From the IMG/VR virus record IMGVR_UViG_3300036982_000125, positions 1-64,000 of that record: a stretch of 64,000 nucleotides of DNA; one strand, 5' to 3'. How positions within the stretch are numbered: the stretch's first letter is position 1; each line of letters opens with the position of its first letter. The DNA comes from a virus. Lineage: Duplodnaviria; Caudoviricetes. A program made the position numbers and the translations under genes. The notes under the pieces were generated by a model. The model saw nothing but the letters and a program-made list of their open reading frames with translations. It did not search any database and was not told where the DNA came from. Shown in pieces: positions 28,301 through 35,683 of the stretch.

Positions 28301-31300
28301 CTCTACCCTTAGGAGATTTAAATGATACTCTTCCCTCAGACTTATCATCATTAGTTGTAGCAACAGTGATGACAGCATCTCTATTAAGAATACCTTTATC
28401 TAATAATCCAGCATCTTGTGCAGAAGTTCTTGCAGATGTATCTACAGATGTTGTACCATCTGCATTTTTATATTTAACAAACTCTAGATTACCAAAAGAT
28501 GTTTTAAACTTCTGACCTTTCTTATTTAATGTTTTATTAGCTAATTGTGTTTCTCTCCATGCTTTATATTGTTCTTTTAAAGAAGCTATTACATAATCAG
28601 GAGTACCATCTCTAAACATTGATCCTGTTTCAACATCTCCTTTTGTATAGTTTAATCCAGCAGAAGGGAACACTTGGAATATAGCATTGTTATAAAGTCT
28701 TTTGTTATAATCTTCTTGTGTTTCATCTGCAGATTTTCCAGGAATAAGTTTTCCATTCTTATCTACTAATTGTCCATTCTCTGTTACAACTAAGAATATA
28801 ACTTCTTTGCTAAGTTCTTCTTTTCTTTTTGCATCTTTTACATCTTCAGAAAGAAATGCTTCTGTTAACCCAATAAGTATTTGATCTTCTGTATTAGCTG
28901 TTACAATAACACCTCTTAGATCATCTGCATTATCCATATCAGACACTCTTGCTCCAAAGTAATTAGCTCTTGCAGCATATCCTGGAAGAGGTCTTTCATC
29001 AGTATCTCCTGTAAATGGTTTAGTACTTCCTACAACAGCAAGTTTATCTTTCTTAGCTTCTTGTTCATATGGTCTTGTACCAAAGAAGTTTTGTACACTT
29101 CCTGTTAATGTACCAAGAAGTTCTTGCCCTAATTTTACATTACGTTCCATTTGCTTAGCTTCTGCTTCTTGCTTTTTATATTGTTCAGCAATAGCAGAAA
29201 ACTTATTTAATATAAGATACTTGGCTTCAATTTCTTTAGTTAGATCTTTGAACTCTTCTTGCATAATATCAAGATGATCTTTTAAATCTGCTATACGTTT
29301 CTCACTAGGAGTTATATCCCCATCTTCATGATAGGCTATTAAATCATTTAAATCTTCAAGCTCACTTTTATAATTAGGTTTTAGCTTTAAGAAATTTGGA
29401 TTATCTTTTAAGAAGTCAACCCAGTCTTGTCCCATTAATCTAGGAACATCAGGATACTTACTTTCAAATTTTTGAATAAAATCTGTAAGCATATTAACAA
29501 TAAAATCAAAAGCTTTCTGTGCCTGATTAAGTAATTTAGAAACAACAGTAATTTGTTTAGCTGTTTGTTCTCTTAACACTTCTAAATTAATGATCTCATC
29601 TTCTAGTTCATTTTTAAAATCATAAAAATTAGTAGCAGTGCTATCTATATTATCAACAAGATCAGAAACATAAGATATATTAAAATCTATATCTTCTAGA
29701 TCAGATTCAAGAACTTCAATTTCATTCTCTAATTGTTCTTGCATTCTAGATAACCTCATAGCATTCTCTAATGCTTTTTTAGTTATAGTATTAAATTTTA
29801 TTCCTTTCTTAAATCTATTATCAACTTTAGCATTTTCTTCAATTTGAGTTGTTAGCTCATTAAGTTCTTTGATAATGTTCTCAAGAGCTTTTTGTTTTTG
29901 TTCAATTAATTTCTTAGACTTATCTTGTGAATTAGATAAATCATCAAAAAGTTCATTCAATATTTTAAGACGTGCTTCACGTTTAGCTTCTAAACGTGAG
30001 TCCACTTCATTAGTAAACTCATCTTTTGCTTTTTGTTGAACTGCAGTTAATATTCCAACTTCTGTAATCATAGGCTCTGTAAAGCCTTTCTTTTTACTTG
30101 CTTCAGTTAATTTAAATTGATCTCCTGTCACTTCAATTTCTTTACGCTCTCCTTTTTTATTATTATAAATAAAAAGCATTTGATCATTCTCAGGATCATA
30201 TTCAATTCTACCTTTTTGTTTTCCTCCTTTATCTTTACCAAAGTTAAACTCATAGACAGTGTTCCAATGTTCCATATAGAACTTGGCTTTCTTATTCTTT
30301 AATGTTGAGTCAACCTTCCCAAGATTGTATTTCTCTAATGTAGATTCTTTAATATCATACACCTTACCATCTGAGTCTTGCACCTTAATAGTGCCATCTT
30401 CATTTTTACCTAATATAACAATTCTAGGAGCACGATATACATCCTTACCCTCTTTACTTTTACCTACTACCTTTCCTAAGAAGTATTCAGTACCTATCTC
30501 AATATCTCTCTCACCTTTTTTAGTTTTGATAGTGATAGTTTCTTTAGGTCCTTCTGTAGTTCCTTCAAACTCTCTTCTCTCCTCAGTGTAAGTTTCTGGA
30601 TTAGCAATAATATCATTATAGTTTTTAAGATATTCTTTTCTTCTCAATGCTAGTTCTACAGTGTCTTTTAAATTTTGTTTAACCTCTGCTGTATTTATTT
30701 CAGGGTTTATATCAAGCTCAGCTAGTTTATCAGCAAGTGCTGTAGATTCTGGATTAGTTAATTCTTCATTAACAATAGATTGTACATCAATACCTTGACC
30801 AATAGGAAGAGCTGATACTTGAGGAATTCTTACATCATAGTTAGCCACTTTACTAGCAGCATAAATCATTTGTTCTATAGATGAATCAGAATATTTTCTT
30901 ATCTGTTCTCCTTTAGCATTCAATACAGGAATACCATCTTTATCTTTTAATATTTCACCACTATAGATTAGATTAGTAGACTTATATATTTGTTCTGTGT
31001 TCTTAGCTGTAGTTTCAAAGTTTGTAAGTCTAGCATTGAATGTAGCAGCTGTATCATTCTCATTAGCAAGTCCTAATTGTTTAAGAGATGCAAGTCCTTC
31101 AGGTTTCATAGAAGTTTCTCTCATCTCAGAGATATCATCCATAACCATATCCATTCTACCGTATTTAATACGTGGAGATAAATAGTTATGCATCATATCA
31201 GAATTAATATCTTTTGCTTCTAATTCATCACCTTGTAAAATTGCAGCTTCTTGTTCTTCTTGAAGTGCTACACCTCTATTAACAGCATCTAATTTATATT

Positions 31301-32897
31301 GGAATGCTTCTTTATATGTAGGTGCATTATTAAGTTGTTCTAAAAATTTAGCAGTGTTTGTCTTAGTTGCTTTACCCATTAAGTAGTTACCCTTAATTTG
31401 CATAGCTGCTCCAGTAAGACCACCAATAAGACCTCCTTCAAGTCCTTCTTTTGAATTTAATGCTCCTACTGCTTTACCAGATTCATCTTCACCATATAGT
31501 CCATAAAGTACACCATCGACTAATAGATCAGCATTTTTTCCTTGGTATGCTTTATTATAATAGTTTTGTGTTCCTACTTGTACAGCATACTGACCTATCT
31601 CCTGACCCATCTCTTTAGGATCAAATATATATTTACCTACGCCTTTTGCTTTATTATATAGTTTACCAAATTTTGTTGTAGCTTCTTTAGCAACATATTG
31701 ACCATTTTTTAATACAACATTATCTGCTGCACCAGCTAAACTATTAGCAACTTGTCTTTCAGCAGCATATGAACTTCCCATTAATTTAGGAAGTTGTACA
31801 TATTCTGTAGCAGTTAGTAATGCCATGTTAGCAAGGAATGAAGTTTTACCTAACTTCTCTGTCTGAGCATCTATCTTTTTTAACTCTTCAGCATTTGGTG
31901 CTACACCAAAGTTACCTCTTTTATATTGATCAATTAATTGATTTCTAAATTCATTAGATGTTTGTAATCCTTCAAATGCAGATTCACCACCTTGAGAATA
32001 TGTAGCTATACCTATTCGTTTACCTACATCATTTATCTTTGCAAACTGATTTGTTTGTTTTGCAATTTGTGCCATCTTAGATGTTCTTTCTGCAACATCA
32101 GCTATAGAAGTTATTTCTCCTTTTAATAAAGCAGCAGCTTCAGCATTCTTACCAACAGAGAAAGCTCTTGCTGTATTTTTTAATAATGGAGCAAATGCTT
32201 TAAATGATTGTGATGCTTCCATAGCTAATGCTCTAGATGCAGCAGCTTCACCAATAGCAGTACCTGCTATACCAAGTGCTTTACTAGCTATGTTACCAGA
32301 TATAACAGCACCTACAGCAAATCCACTATTCTTGATCACTTTATCAAATAAGAAGTTTGCTGTCATCCAGTTATCTCTAGAATACCAATCAGCATTCTTT
32401 TCAGTATCTGTATAATAGTTAGGTAGATATTCTTGATCTACCTTTTCATTCCATTTATCTATTCCTTGCATTACAGGATTATCCCATATATCTGCAAGTC
32501 TTCCTGTAAATATAGCTGACACAGCTCCACCCACTGTAGCAAATCCTCCAACAACTGTTGTTGCTGCAAGATTAGTTCCTTTCAATATACCATTAGTACC
32601 TTTAGCTAACCATGATTGCTGTGCTCCCCAAGCATCTTCATTGTTAGCTCCATACACAACTGTATCATATCTACCTGTCAAATCTCCTGCAACATCAGAT
32701 AAATAAGTTTTACCTGGCTTTACATCATTAGGATTTATTTGACCATTCATCATATTAATTCTATCATCTTGTGATAGAGCTTTTCCTGATCTTAACCCAG
32801 GAAATCCTGTAGTTAAAGGAGTGGTATCTATAGAACCAACATTAGGTGTGATTGGACCTCTTACATAAGGTTGTCCTGCTTTATTAGGCTGTAGCAT
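19320..32897 (-). CDS. Giant virion-packaged DNA-dependent RNA polymerase (crAss-like, phi14:2 gp66 type) within a polyvalent protein
   Basis: 4525 aa. RIPTQKQNS...VKKAGSDFDIDKL (DFDID at 22134-22148), VLHKFALAP, GSKVG and QGSQITKL are crAss-like two-barrel RNAP motifs; the N-terminus has Gly-rich hydrophobic helices. Confidence 0.92.
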   Translation of the reverse strand: MLQPNKAGQPYVRGPITPNVGSIDTTPLTTGFPGLRSGKALSQDDRINMMNGQINPNDVKPGKTYLSDVAGDLTGRYDTVVYGANNEDAWGAQQSWLAKGTNGILKGTNLAATTVVGGFATVGGAVSAIFTGRLADIWDNPVMQGIDKWNEKVDQEYLPNYYTDTEKNADWYSRDNWMTANFLFDKVIKNSGFAVGAVISGNIASKALGIAGTAIGEAAASRALAMEASQSFKAFAPLLKNTARAFSVGKNAEAAALLKGEITSIADVAERTSKMAQIAKQTNQFAKINDVGKRIGIATYSQGGESAFEGLQTSNEFRNQLIDQYKRGNFGVAPNAEELKKIDAQTEKLGKTSFLANMALLTATEYVQLPKLMGSSYAAERQVANSLAGAADNVVLKNGQYVAKEATTKFGKLYNKAKGVGKYIFDPKEMGQEIGQYAVQVGTQNYYNKAYQGKNADLLVDGVLYGLYGEDESGKAVGALNSKEGLEGGLIGGLTGAAMQIKGNYLMGKATKTNTAKFLEQLNNAPTYKEAFQYKLDAVNRGVALQEEQEAAILQGDELEAKDINSDMMHNYLSPRIKYGRMDMVMDDISEMRETSMKPEGLASLKQLGLANENDTAATFNARLTNFETTAKNTEQIYKSTNLIYSGEILKDKDGIPVLNAKGEQIRKYSDSSIEQMIYAASKVANYDVRIPQVSALPIGQGIDVQSIVNEELTNPESTALADKLAELDINPEINTAEVKQNLKDTVELALRRKEYLKNYNDIIANPETYTEERREFEGTTEGPKETITIKTKKGERDIEIGTEYFLGKVVGKSKEGKDVYRAPRIVILGKNEDGTIKVQDSDGKVYDIKESTLEKYNLGKVDSTLKNKKAKFYMEHWNTVYEFNFGKDKGGKQKGRIEYDPENDQMLFIYNNKKGERKEIEVTGDQFKLTEASKKKGFTEPMITEVGILTAVQQKAKDEFTNEVDSRLEAKREARLKILNELFDDLSNSQDKSKKLIEQKQKALENIIKELNELTTQIEENAKVDNRFKKGIKFNTITKKALENAMRLSRMQEQLENEIEVLESDLEDIDFNISYVSDLVDNIDSTATNFYDFKNELEDEIINLEVLREQTAKQITVVSKLLNQAQKAFDFIVNMLTDFIQKFESKYPDVPRLMGQDWVDFLKDNPNFLKLKPNYKSELEDLNDLIAYHEDGDITPSEKRIADLKDHLDIMQEEFKDLTKEIEAKYLILNKFSAIAEQYKKQEAEAKQMERNVKLGQELLGTLTGSVQNFFGTRPYEQEAKKDKLAVVGSTKPFTGDTDERPLPGYAARANYFGARVSDMDNADDLRGVIVTANTEDQILIGLTEAFLSEDVKDAKRKEELSKEVIFLVVTENGQLVDKNGKLIPGKSADETQEDYNKRLYNNAIFQVFPSAGLNYTKGDVETGSMFRDGTPDYVIASLKEQYKAWRETQLANKTLNKKGQKFKTSFGNLEFVKYKNADGTTSVDTSARTSAQDAGLLDKGILNRDAVITVATTNDDKSEGRVSFKSPKGRVFLRVPGQGLVRLFNKKFSKDESETIFDAILNLSKNASEKGSLYGNEKEEVNKNILNWLKSVVYWGIAKYPDGSRKPAGYNNIWFDNVLVEGKQVKKLFMSGLQKESTKYFDFTPQGLINSKQDILGLLGQMYANTDAKKVNIDTYNAPYDEILRFDNLGNPVTRTWPNYQTYLLSANIVDKDGNVIGKRTGKEIPLTTQVRPLKSAEDTNRKGIYFTLNSSVEYTVPAAPVAAPAMVAPAPVATAQAPVATPVTPQQQPTSPGKYNLNGTTENSITIGGKPNGTGGITPIYNINFTFDISKISDYLKGLTDFTSLYEDGGLTKEFLNILKDNKVVTYIDTADNTNGISALVTAAGENRAEGIALNKIFEAVAPQVVAEMIPVQPAIADEPQVVEEQEIVVAPEEVIPSTAQEGVDWNTATLENVKSRLISGELKSITSDIDEPGDTVKFSYYQAEDRQSQQTVGGFEDFAEVDIVEEPKGNYFTAENGFGEGGVFNENDPKLDKIINSIIDYNKTASTNKEVAPVEEVVTPTTELPADFIDLDDLDDDDVDTSAMRVAQLIDKLDQFKPEQWNKVEEAMAKMLPKIPFYRVKNIIKGTNGRQAWGMFHDAAIYVYEGAEEGTAYHEVFEAVWKMFAGPAQKQAIINEFRSRKGSFTDRETNTSVEYSKATPYQIKEQLAEEFRDAVLNDKLGIPRESKTLIGRLFSQLMDFIKAFFTGETAQRNTKELFNNIGNGYYAQFNPYEKGLSYATKGIIDIEDAQATGSSEMRSLTIPEIEMHDIIQHMTFLTLTKLSLNNESVFTVNDQKESELYPELKLGILKLLAKQNKLTDKLVVDGKTTLEKATRLINNNKALSINIQNEWAEITANHKAHLKTFDVQFDENDEGLLDNDENTGRGEFEAANKIDSFRKANAALKLVLSTIPVTQMVDGSINWEPSSIGGVTLIPADQIHIDLKAKLHSSMDIEDMLLGLKTMAENNPNYNALFRRLTGNSADVGLDIDTIQEHDFQLAAALWKSISMQNPDVITVFLQEDGDVVVSNSTLSSAAKQAKKGMINNIISTLKADQSKYFRYVPSTGRYYAKDNLKALEFDGSGLKQYIDFLNSIGIQFNERDLIDLKEDQISAFKKSVGYIREELAKVGDTKIVKDANNNDVEEDGGIKVINTKTLNIDGNLFELAIVKAIIENTEFQSTYFNINGERTQSFIGTNLISALHNTLSKLKNIEELQNNPKYKRFAYLAAGNDVFVQGSQMLKKMFDIVGIDSTGKRRAGTEDIGKPVIVDGIVDEETGKKKEASKVTYRQRLIQEINLNLSGIFMNLVPGDASLEHAIRMFNQKDPFVSETDLSNKNYLDIFKDYFISEVELVKENRNTAKNNGKDLRFFKAILGDEMHKNIANRINDETNAEELYNTNKQAINSAVEAFIKKETEETEQLLRAYDIITTEDNVVSVDKVALFKKEEVATQAGLNTKLKALSINYMIANIEMHKILYSDPYQYNDELKRIKNFTSPGQALIPSSQAIDARLNELYNKGFEPGDIGYTDMTQDHFRSIALQDVLSTNENLGYDVPYEETDGGGLITLKGARVFALRAGTWTANNEKQYRFDIAFEKLVKSGADESTIKKFLKGNPGIKDTYTPVKPIVRGSKDNGRTYNDIVLHKFALAPLSFRILYELNPDSNAIKLYNKMQKENIDYGVFASGSKVGTEKISPLYNAKGEFDNTPFEDAKEKKGNLPDNVKRAVSKIPFTIVAVQSEVPSKDTPTVTQGSQITKLATMDYLESGMPVDFMPELPTFEDRFAEWLALDDKSSYNEGKNIYNELVNNQKLLEARIEEGIQSLYKKLGIKETTNEKGDKEWIIEDIDKLVKTLTEEIGKREINYNIVDAFAGFVKGDVILEATPVYEQVRNILYSIADKTIVRPKISGGMKVQVSSALLESVRAVGKPVLDDKGKQVLNNDKTPKLTYESTELEFYKNEDGKRVCEIMIGRWFKSNKTDKELMDYFNNDPEGKKEFAAITGVAFRIPTQKQNSIDVFRIKQFLPKDFGDSVIIPSALVKKAGSDFDIDKLSIYLKSLYEDTKGNLRVVPFYGYGQQAKDKFAAIYEKDIKEQIEKLTKSEGFRENIFDLAGALDNDNILTDNQQKFYDANSGIINMIKEQAEDKESSLSDYMLNQIVKAGDKEKKLNERLFSESLKEEYVDSMYKKSLENAYIQSLENLIANPLNYDNLVKPNDATPLKNLSIDIQREMGYEKADFGNVGNMLSRTFMSSLRQSFVGGKAALGIAAQGQTGHAQRQRSVTYIDVDRLEGDLIDEQDKIILGYNSDSSIFAKDTDINFQEYNSAIVNGKRRPMLSWIKNKAGEYISDINGMFIDGYVDISKGDWIIKLGATTNVASTWLFLIDLGVPIDTVAYFMNQPIIKDYLRGIENKGYSWLYIDDMIEDKLDAYSPSVEFTKQGTSIKGIPSETDLYKMLKYNNAAPKSSMSDLQKLQQQYMLKEFLKYSKMASHMFKVSQASNYDTANINDPYLVFKKMIQLINSRKTIISSVDDIISGSFVKELKDKIFDYRDAFSEILMSDRGNVRQVLQNVLEQYTDMNDRDFVKLSQKTVNDLFDWAVQTNSNVNTKIATVLLGSETEKSAAEQIIDYRDSILGNPVKGIAPKPEHKLFNNIILNSLSIDQNDKQGGKKNAPINLILDNRDNKVFDQNLTIYGFNELRETLREEDNLKLYGKLTRLALLQSGLTNSPIAFTNLLPYNDFKGLYNETLSILEKLPNLAQFQELDVFQRTNWNNSDVATYKRETIKKMPKKKGDGFYMFKPDTKLVDSLTTAVNNKTVPKLIGLSPMSEAGRNDFVVFTYEDVISSQQRILRRKNGDTQHQHKVLMKKVYTRDANDKIIPLTQVTESNGRVYTKYIYKAINAWGDSFRAQEFYTTNQQSVLDNGFDKVNEVEDDVIVDIYKGNAPEVKSEGVTLKDGNTYTADQLNTKMLISLGYNLIDAGEIIKNNKC

Positions 32898-32903
32898 ACT
32901 TTT

Positions 32904-35591
32904 TTATTTATTTTGGTTTTGTAAATGCATCATATACAAATTTTCTAAATCTTTTGGTGAAGTTGTTTTGAATATGTTATCTATTATACCTTCTTCTTTA
33001 GCAATTGCACCACCATATACAGTGATCCAACGATTCTCTCTTGGAGGTTTAATATAATTAACAAGTCTATATCCTCCAGGTGCATTTACAGCATCCGCAC
33101 GATATTCCCAACCTGCTTTAACTACTTCTGGATTAACATCACTTCCTTGGAAATAAGATGTAGTCCATGCTTTAGGTGAACTAGGTCCATATACAGAGTT
33201 AGTTGATTTTGTTTTGTCATTCATATTAAGTAAATCCTGAACTGGTTTCTCTTCATAGCTTGTAAGATTTAAACCTGTAAACTTTTGTAGCTCATCATGA
33301 TTAACATTAGTAATAGTATGTTTAACTCCTTTTTTATCTTTTACAATTATATTACCAGTCCATTGCTCTTTAGAATTTGTAGGTTTCTTACCTGTCCATG
33401 ATATACTTATTGGATCAGCTAAAGCAGCTTGAACAGTTTCTTCTGTATCTCCTGGTCCAAAATTTCTCATACCAACACTCAAGAATGCAGATACATTAGC
33501 TACAGAAGCTTTAATTTCATCAGCACTAAACATAGGAAGACTTCCTCCTTTAACATCTGTTACACCAACTATCTTACTTAACTTATTATTAAATAATTCA
33601 TTAGATTTTGATAATGCAGCATTGTATGTACTAATGTTTGAAGTGCCACGTGTGTATGAAGAATATTCTGTCATTATAGTTTGACGCATCTCCCAAGGTA
33701 ACTTGTCCCAATTAGCAATCAATTTTCTTTGATTATTTGTTAGGTCTGTTCTTTTTAATACTTTTTGTTGTTCAGAACGATTAAAAGATTTAAATAATCT
33801 TTCTACATCTCCTGTAACAAGTCCTAGCATATCTTTAGGTTCAACAAGTATTTTATCACCATTAAGATTAAAATTAATTGTTTTCTTATCTTTTAAAACA
33901 TCTCCTAAAATTTTTTCAACTCCAGCTTCTTTATCAGCAGATAATTCAGCAGCTTTAGTCATTGCCATTTTATTCTTTAGAGTTTTAGAAGTGGTAGTGT
34001 ATTGATTTAATTCATCTTCTAAATTAGGAGGTGGTTTTAATCCAAGCTCAGCATATTTATTCTTTATGTTAACAGCCCATCTATCTAAATATTGTTCAGG
34101 AGTTATTCCTTGTTTAGCAGCATAATTTTTTACATTTGCTAATATAGATTCATCTGAAAGATTGTAATCATTTTTATTTGCTCTAATAAGATCAGCATAC
34201 ATTGTGAATGCAATATCTCCTTTATCAGTAGTCAATGTAGATATATCTTCTGTCATTATATTAATAGATGATACTTTATCTCCAGAAGTAGATCCTCCAA
34301 ATAAAGGATTATTAGCATCTACTGTACCTAATTTATTTTTAGTAGATGTTGTGTCTTTTTTATACCATTCACCTGTAAAAGGATCCTGACCATATGTAGC
34401 CATAGTTGCTATCCATCCTCGTTTATCTGTAGATCTAGCAATAGCTAAAGTTTGATTCTGATAAGCTATCTTATTCTTTTCTTGTAGAACATCAAATGCC
34501 ATTCTATCTCTAACATTTTGTTGTTGCATAGCTTCATTAGTACCATACGTACGTGAGCTATCTTCTTTAACAAATTGAGTTATTAAATTTTGTTTAAACT
34601 CCTTTGCATAGAAGTTTTGTTTAAACTCTTCTGGATTATCTTCTGCTTGTTGAGATAATGATAAAAATGAATTGTTATTATTTAGTATAGATGCTTCTAT
34701 TTCAGAATTTGCTTTTGTATAAAATTCTCTTTGTTCTGGTGTTAGATTTGTAGCATTTAATAAAGATGAAATTTCTAATGATTGAGATTGTAATTTATCA
34801 TTCTCTTGATCATATTGTCCTTTCAAAGGTTCTAATAAATTTGTAGCTTCTGTATTTCTATATGTAGACCAACCATCAATTCCTAATTGTTGCTTAACAT
34901 CACCTCTACTCATTACATTATTTATAGCAGCTAATACAGCTGGTTTATTTGTAACAAGTTTATCGATAGTTTTTGCATCAGCATATGTGTAACGTCCATT
35001 AGTAATAAGTGGTTTTCCATCATCACCAGTAACAAATATTTGTTCTGCTACACTAGCACTTTCTCCTGCACCTACAAGAGCGTCTTGTAATTTCTTAACA
35101 ATGTTTGTGTATGGAACATAATCAGCATTGAAAGAAGCTTTTAAATCTTTATTGTTAACATATTCTGAAGCAAACTTATCATAGTAGTCATCATTGTTTT
35201 TATCTGTTAATCCTTTCTTTGATAACTCTTCTCTCTTTTTATATCCTGCTCTAAGTCTAGCTGTAGAACTAACAGCATTTTGAATATCTCCATCTTTAAC
35301 TATTTGCTTAGTCATTCCATTAACAGAATTAACTAATGAGAAATCTGAGAAATCACCAGCAGCTACAAATTTTAGATTGTTACCAAGACTATTAAGTTTA
35401 GATTGAAGATAACTCTGTTGAACAGGGTTAGCAATATCTAATCCTGCAACATTATCAATGCTAGTTTGTATTCTTTGTACACCCTCTTCATACTTCTGTT
35501 GTTTGTACATACCCACTTTCAACATTGCTTCCACAGGAAGCTGTTGTACGTAGGGATTGAAGGTGGGGATTTTATCTGTATATGAAGCCAT
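32904..35591 (-). CDS. Putative ejected cargo protein preceding the vRNAP
   Basis: 895 aa, helical; MASYTDKIPTFNPYVQQLPVEAM N-terminus; syntenic with crAss-like cargo genes. Confidence 0.5.
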   Translation of the reverse strand: MASYTDKIPTFNPYVQQLPVEAMLKVGMYKQQKYEEGVQRIQTSIDNVAGLDIANPVQQSYLQSKLNSLGNNLKFVAAGDFSDFSLVNSVNGMTKQIVKDGDIQNAVSSTARLRAGYKKREELSKKGLTDKNNDDYYDKFASEYVNNKDLKASFNADYVPYTNIVKKLQDALVGAGESASVAEQIFVTGDDGKPLITNGRYTYADAKTIDKLVTNKPAVLAAINNVMSRGDVKQQLGIDGWSTYRNTEATNLLEPLKGQYDQENDKLQSQSLEISSLLNATNLTPEQREFYTKANSEIEASILNNNNSFLSLSQQAEDNPEEFKQNFYAKEFKQNLITQFVKEDSSRTYGTNEAMQQQNVRDRMAFDVLQEKNKIAYQNQTLAIARSTDKRGWIATMATYGQDPFTGEWYKKDTTSTKNKLGTVDANNPLFGGSTSGDKVSSINIMTEDISTLTTDKGDIAFTMYADLIRANKNDYNLSDESILANVKNYAAKQGITPEQYLDRWAVNIKNKYAELGLKPPPNLEDELNQYTTTSKTLKNKMAMTKAAELSADKEAGVEKILGDVLKDKKTINFNLNGDKILVEPKDMLGLVTGDVERLFKSFNRSEQQKVLKRTDLTNNQRKLIANWDKLPWEMRQTIMTEYSSYTRGTSNISTYNAALSKSNELFNNKLSKIVGVTDVKGGSLPMFSADEIKASVANVSAFLSVGMRNFGPGDTEETVQAALADPISISWTGKKPTNSKEQWTGNIIVKDKKGVKHTITNVNHDELQKFTGLNLTSYEEKPVQDLLNMNDKTKSTNSVYGPSSPKAWTTSYFQGSDVNPEVVKAGWEYRADAVNAPGGYRLVNYIKPPRENRWITVYGGAIAKEEGIIDNIFKTTSPKDLENLYMMHLQNQNK

Positions 35592-35606
35592 AGCGTATTA
35601 GTTAAG

Positions 35607-35637
35607 CAAATATAATATGAATTATTAGATTATACAA
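35607..35637 (-). promoter_or_regulatory. Bacteroidota-type promoter TTG-N20-TATATTTG for the cargo/vRNAP genes
   Basis: caa at 35635-35637 and caaatata at 35607-35614 on the plus strand. Confidence 0.7.
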
Positions 35638-35662
35638 TAGGTATAATAAGTTTTGTTAATTC

Positions 35663-35683
35663 TTTATAATTAAATTAGTTATA
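35663..35683 (-). promoter_or_regulatory. 21-bp upstream motif TATAACTAATTTAATTATAAA (copy 1)
   Basis: 20/21 identical to 53281-53301; lies 48 nt upstream of the -7 box. Confidence 0.6.

Noticed and set aside
14484-35648. TATTATACC/ATACC-T-GGTAT elements near the promoters at 14.4 and 35.6 kb
   Set aside because: They are short and AT-rich and lie at different distances from the -7 boxes (43 vs 26 nt), so chance is likely.
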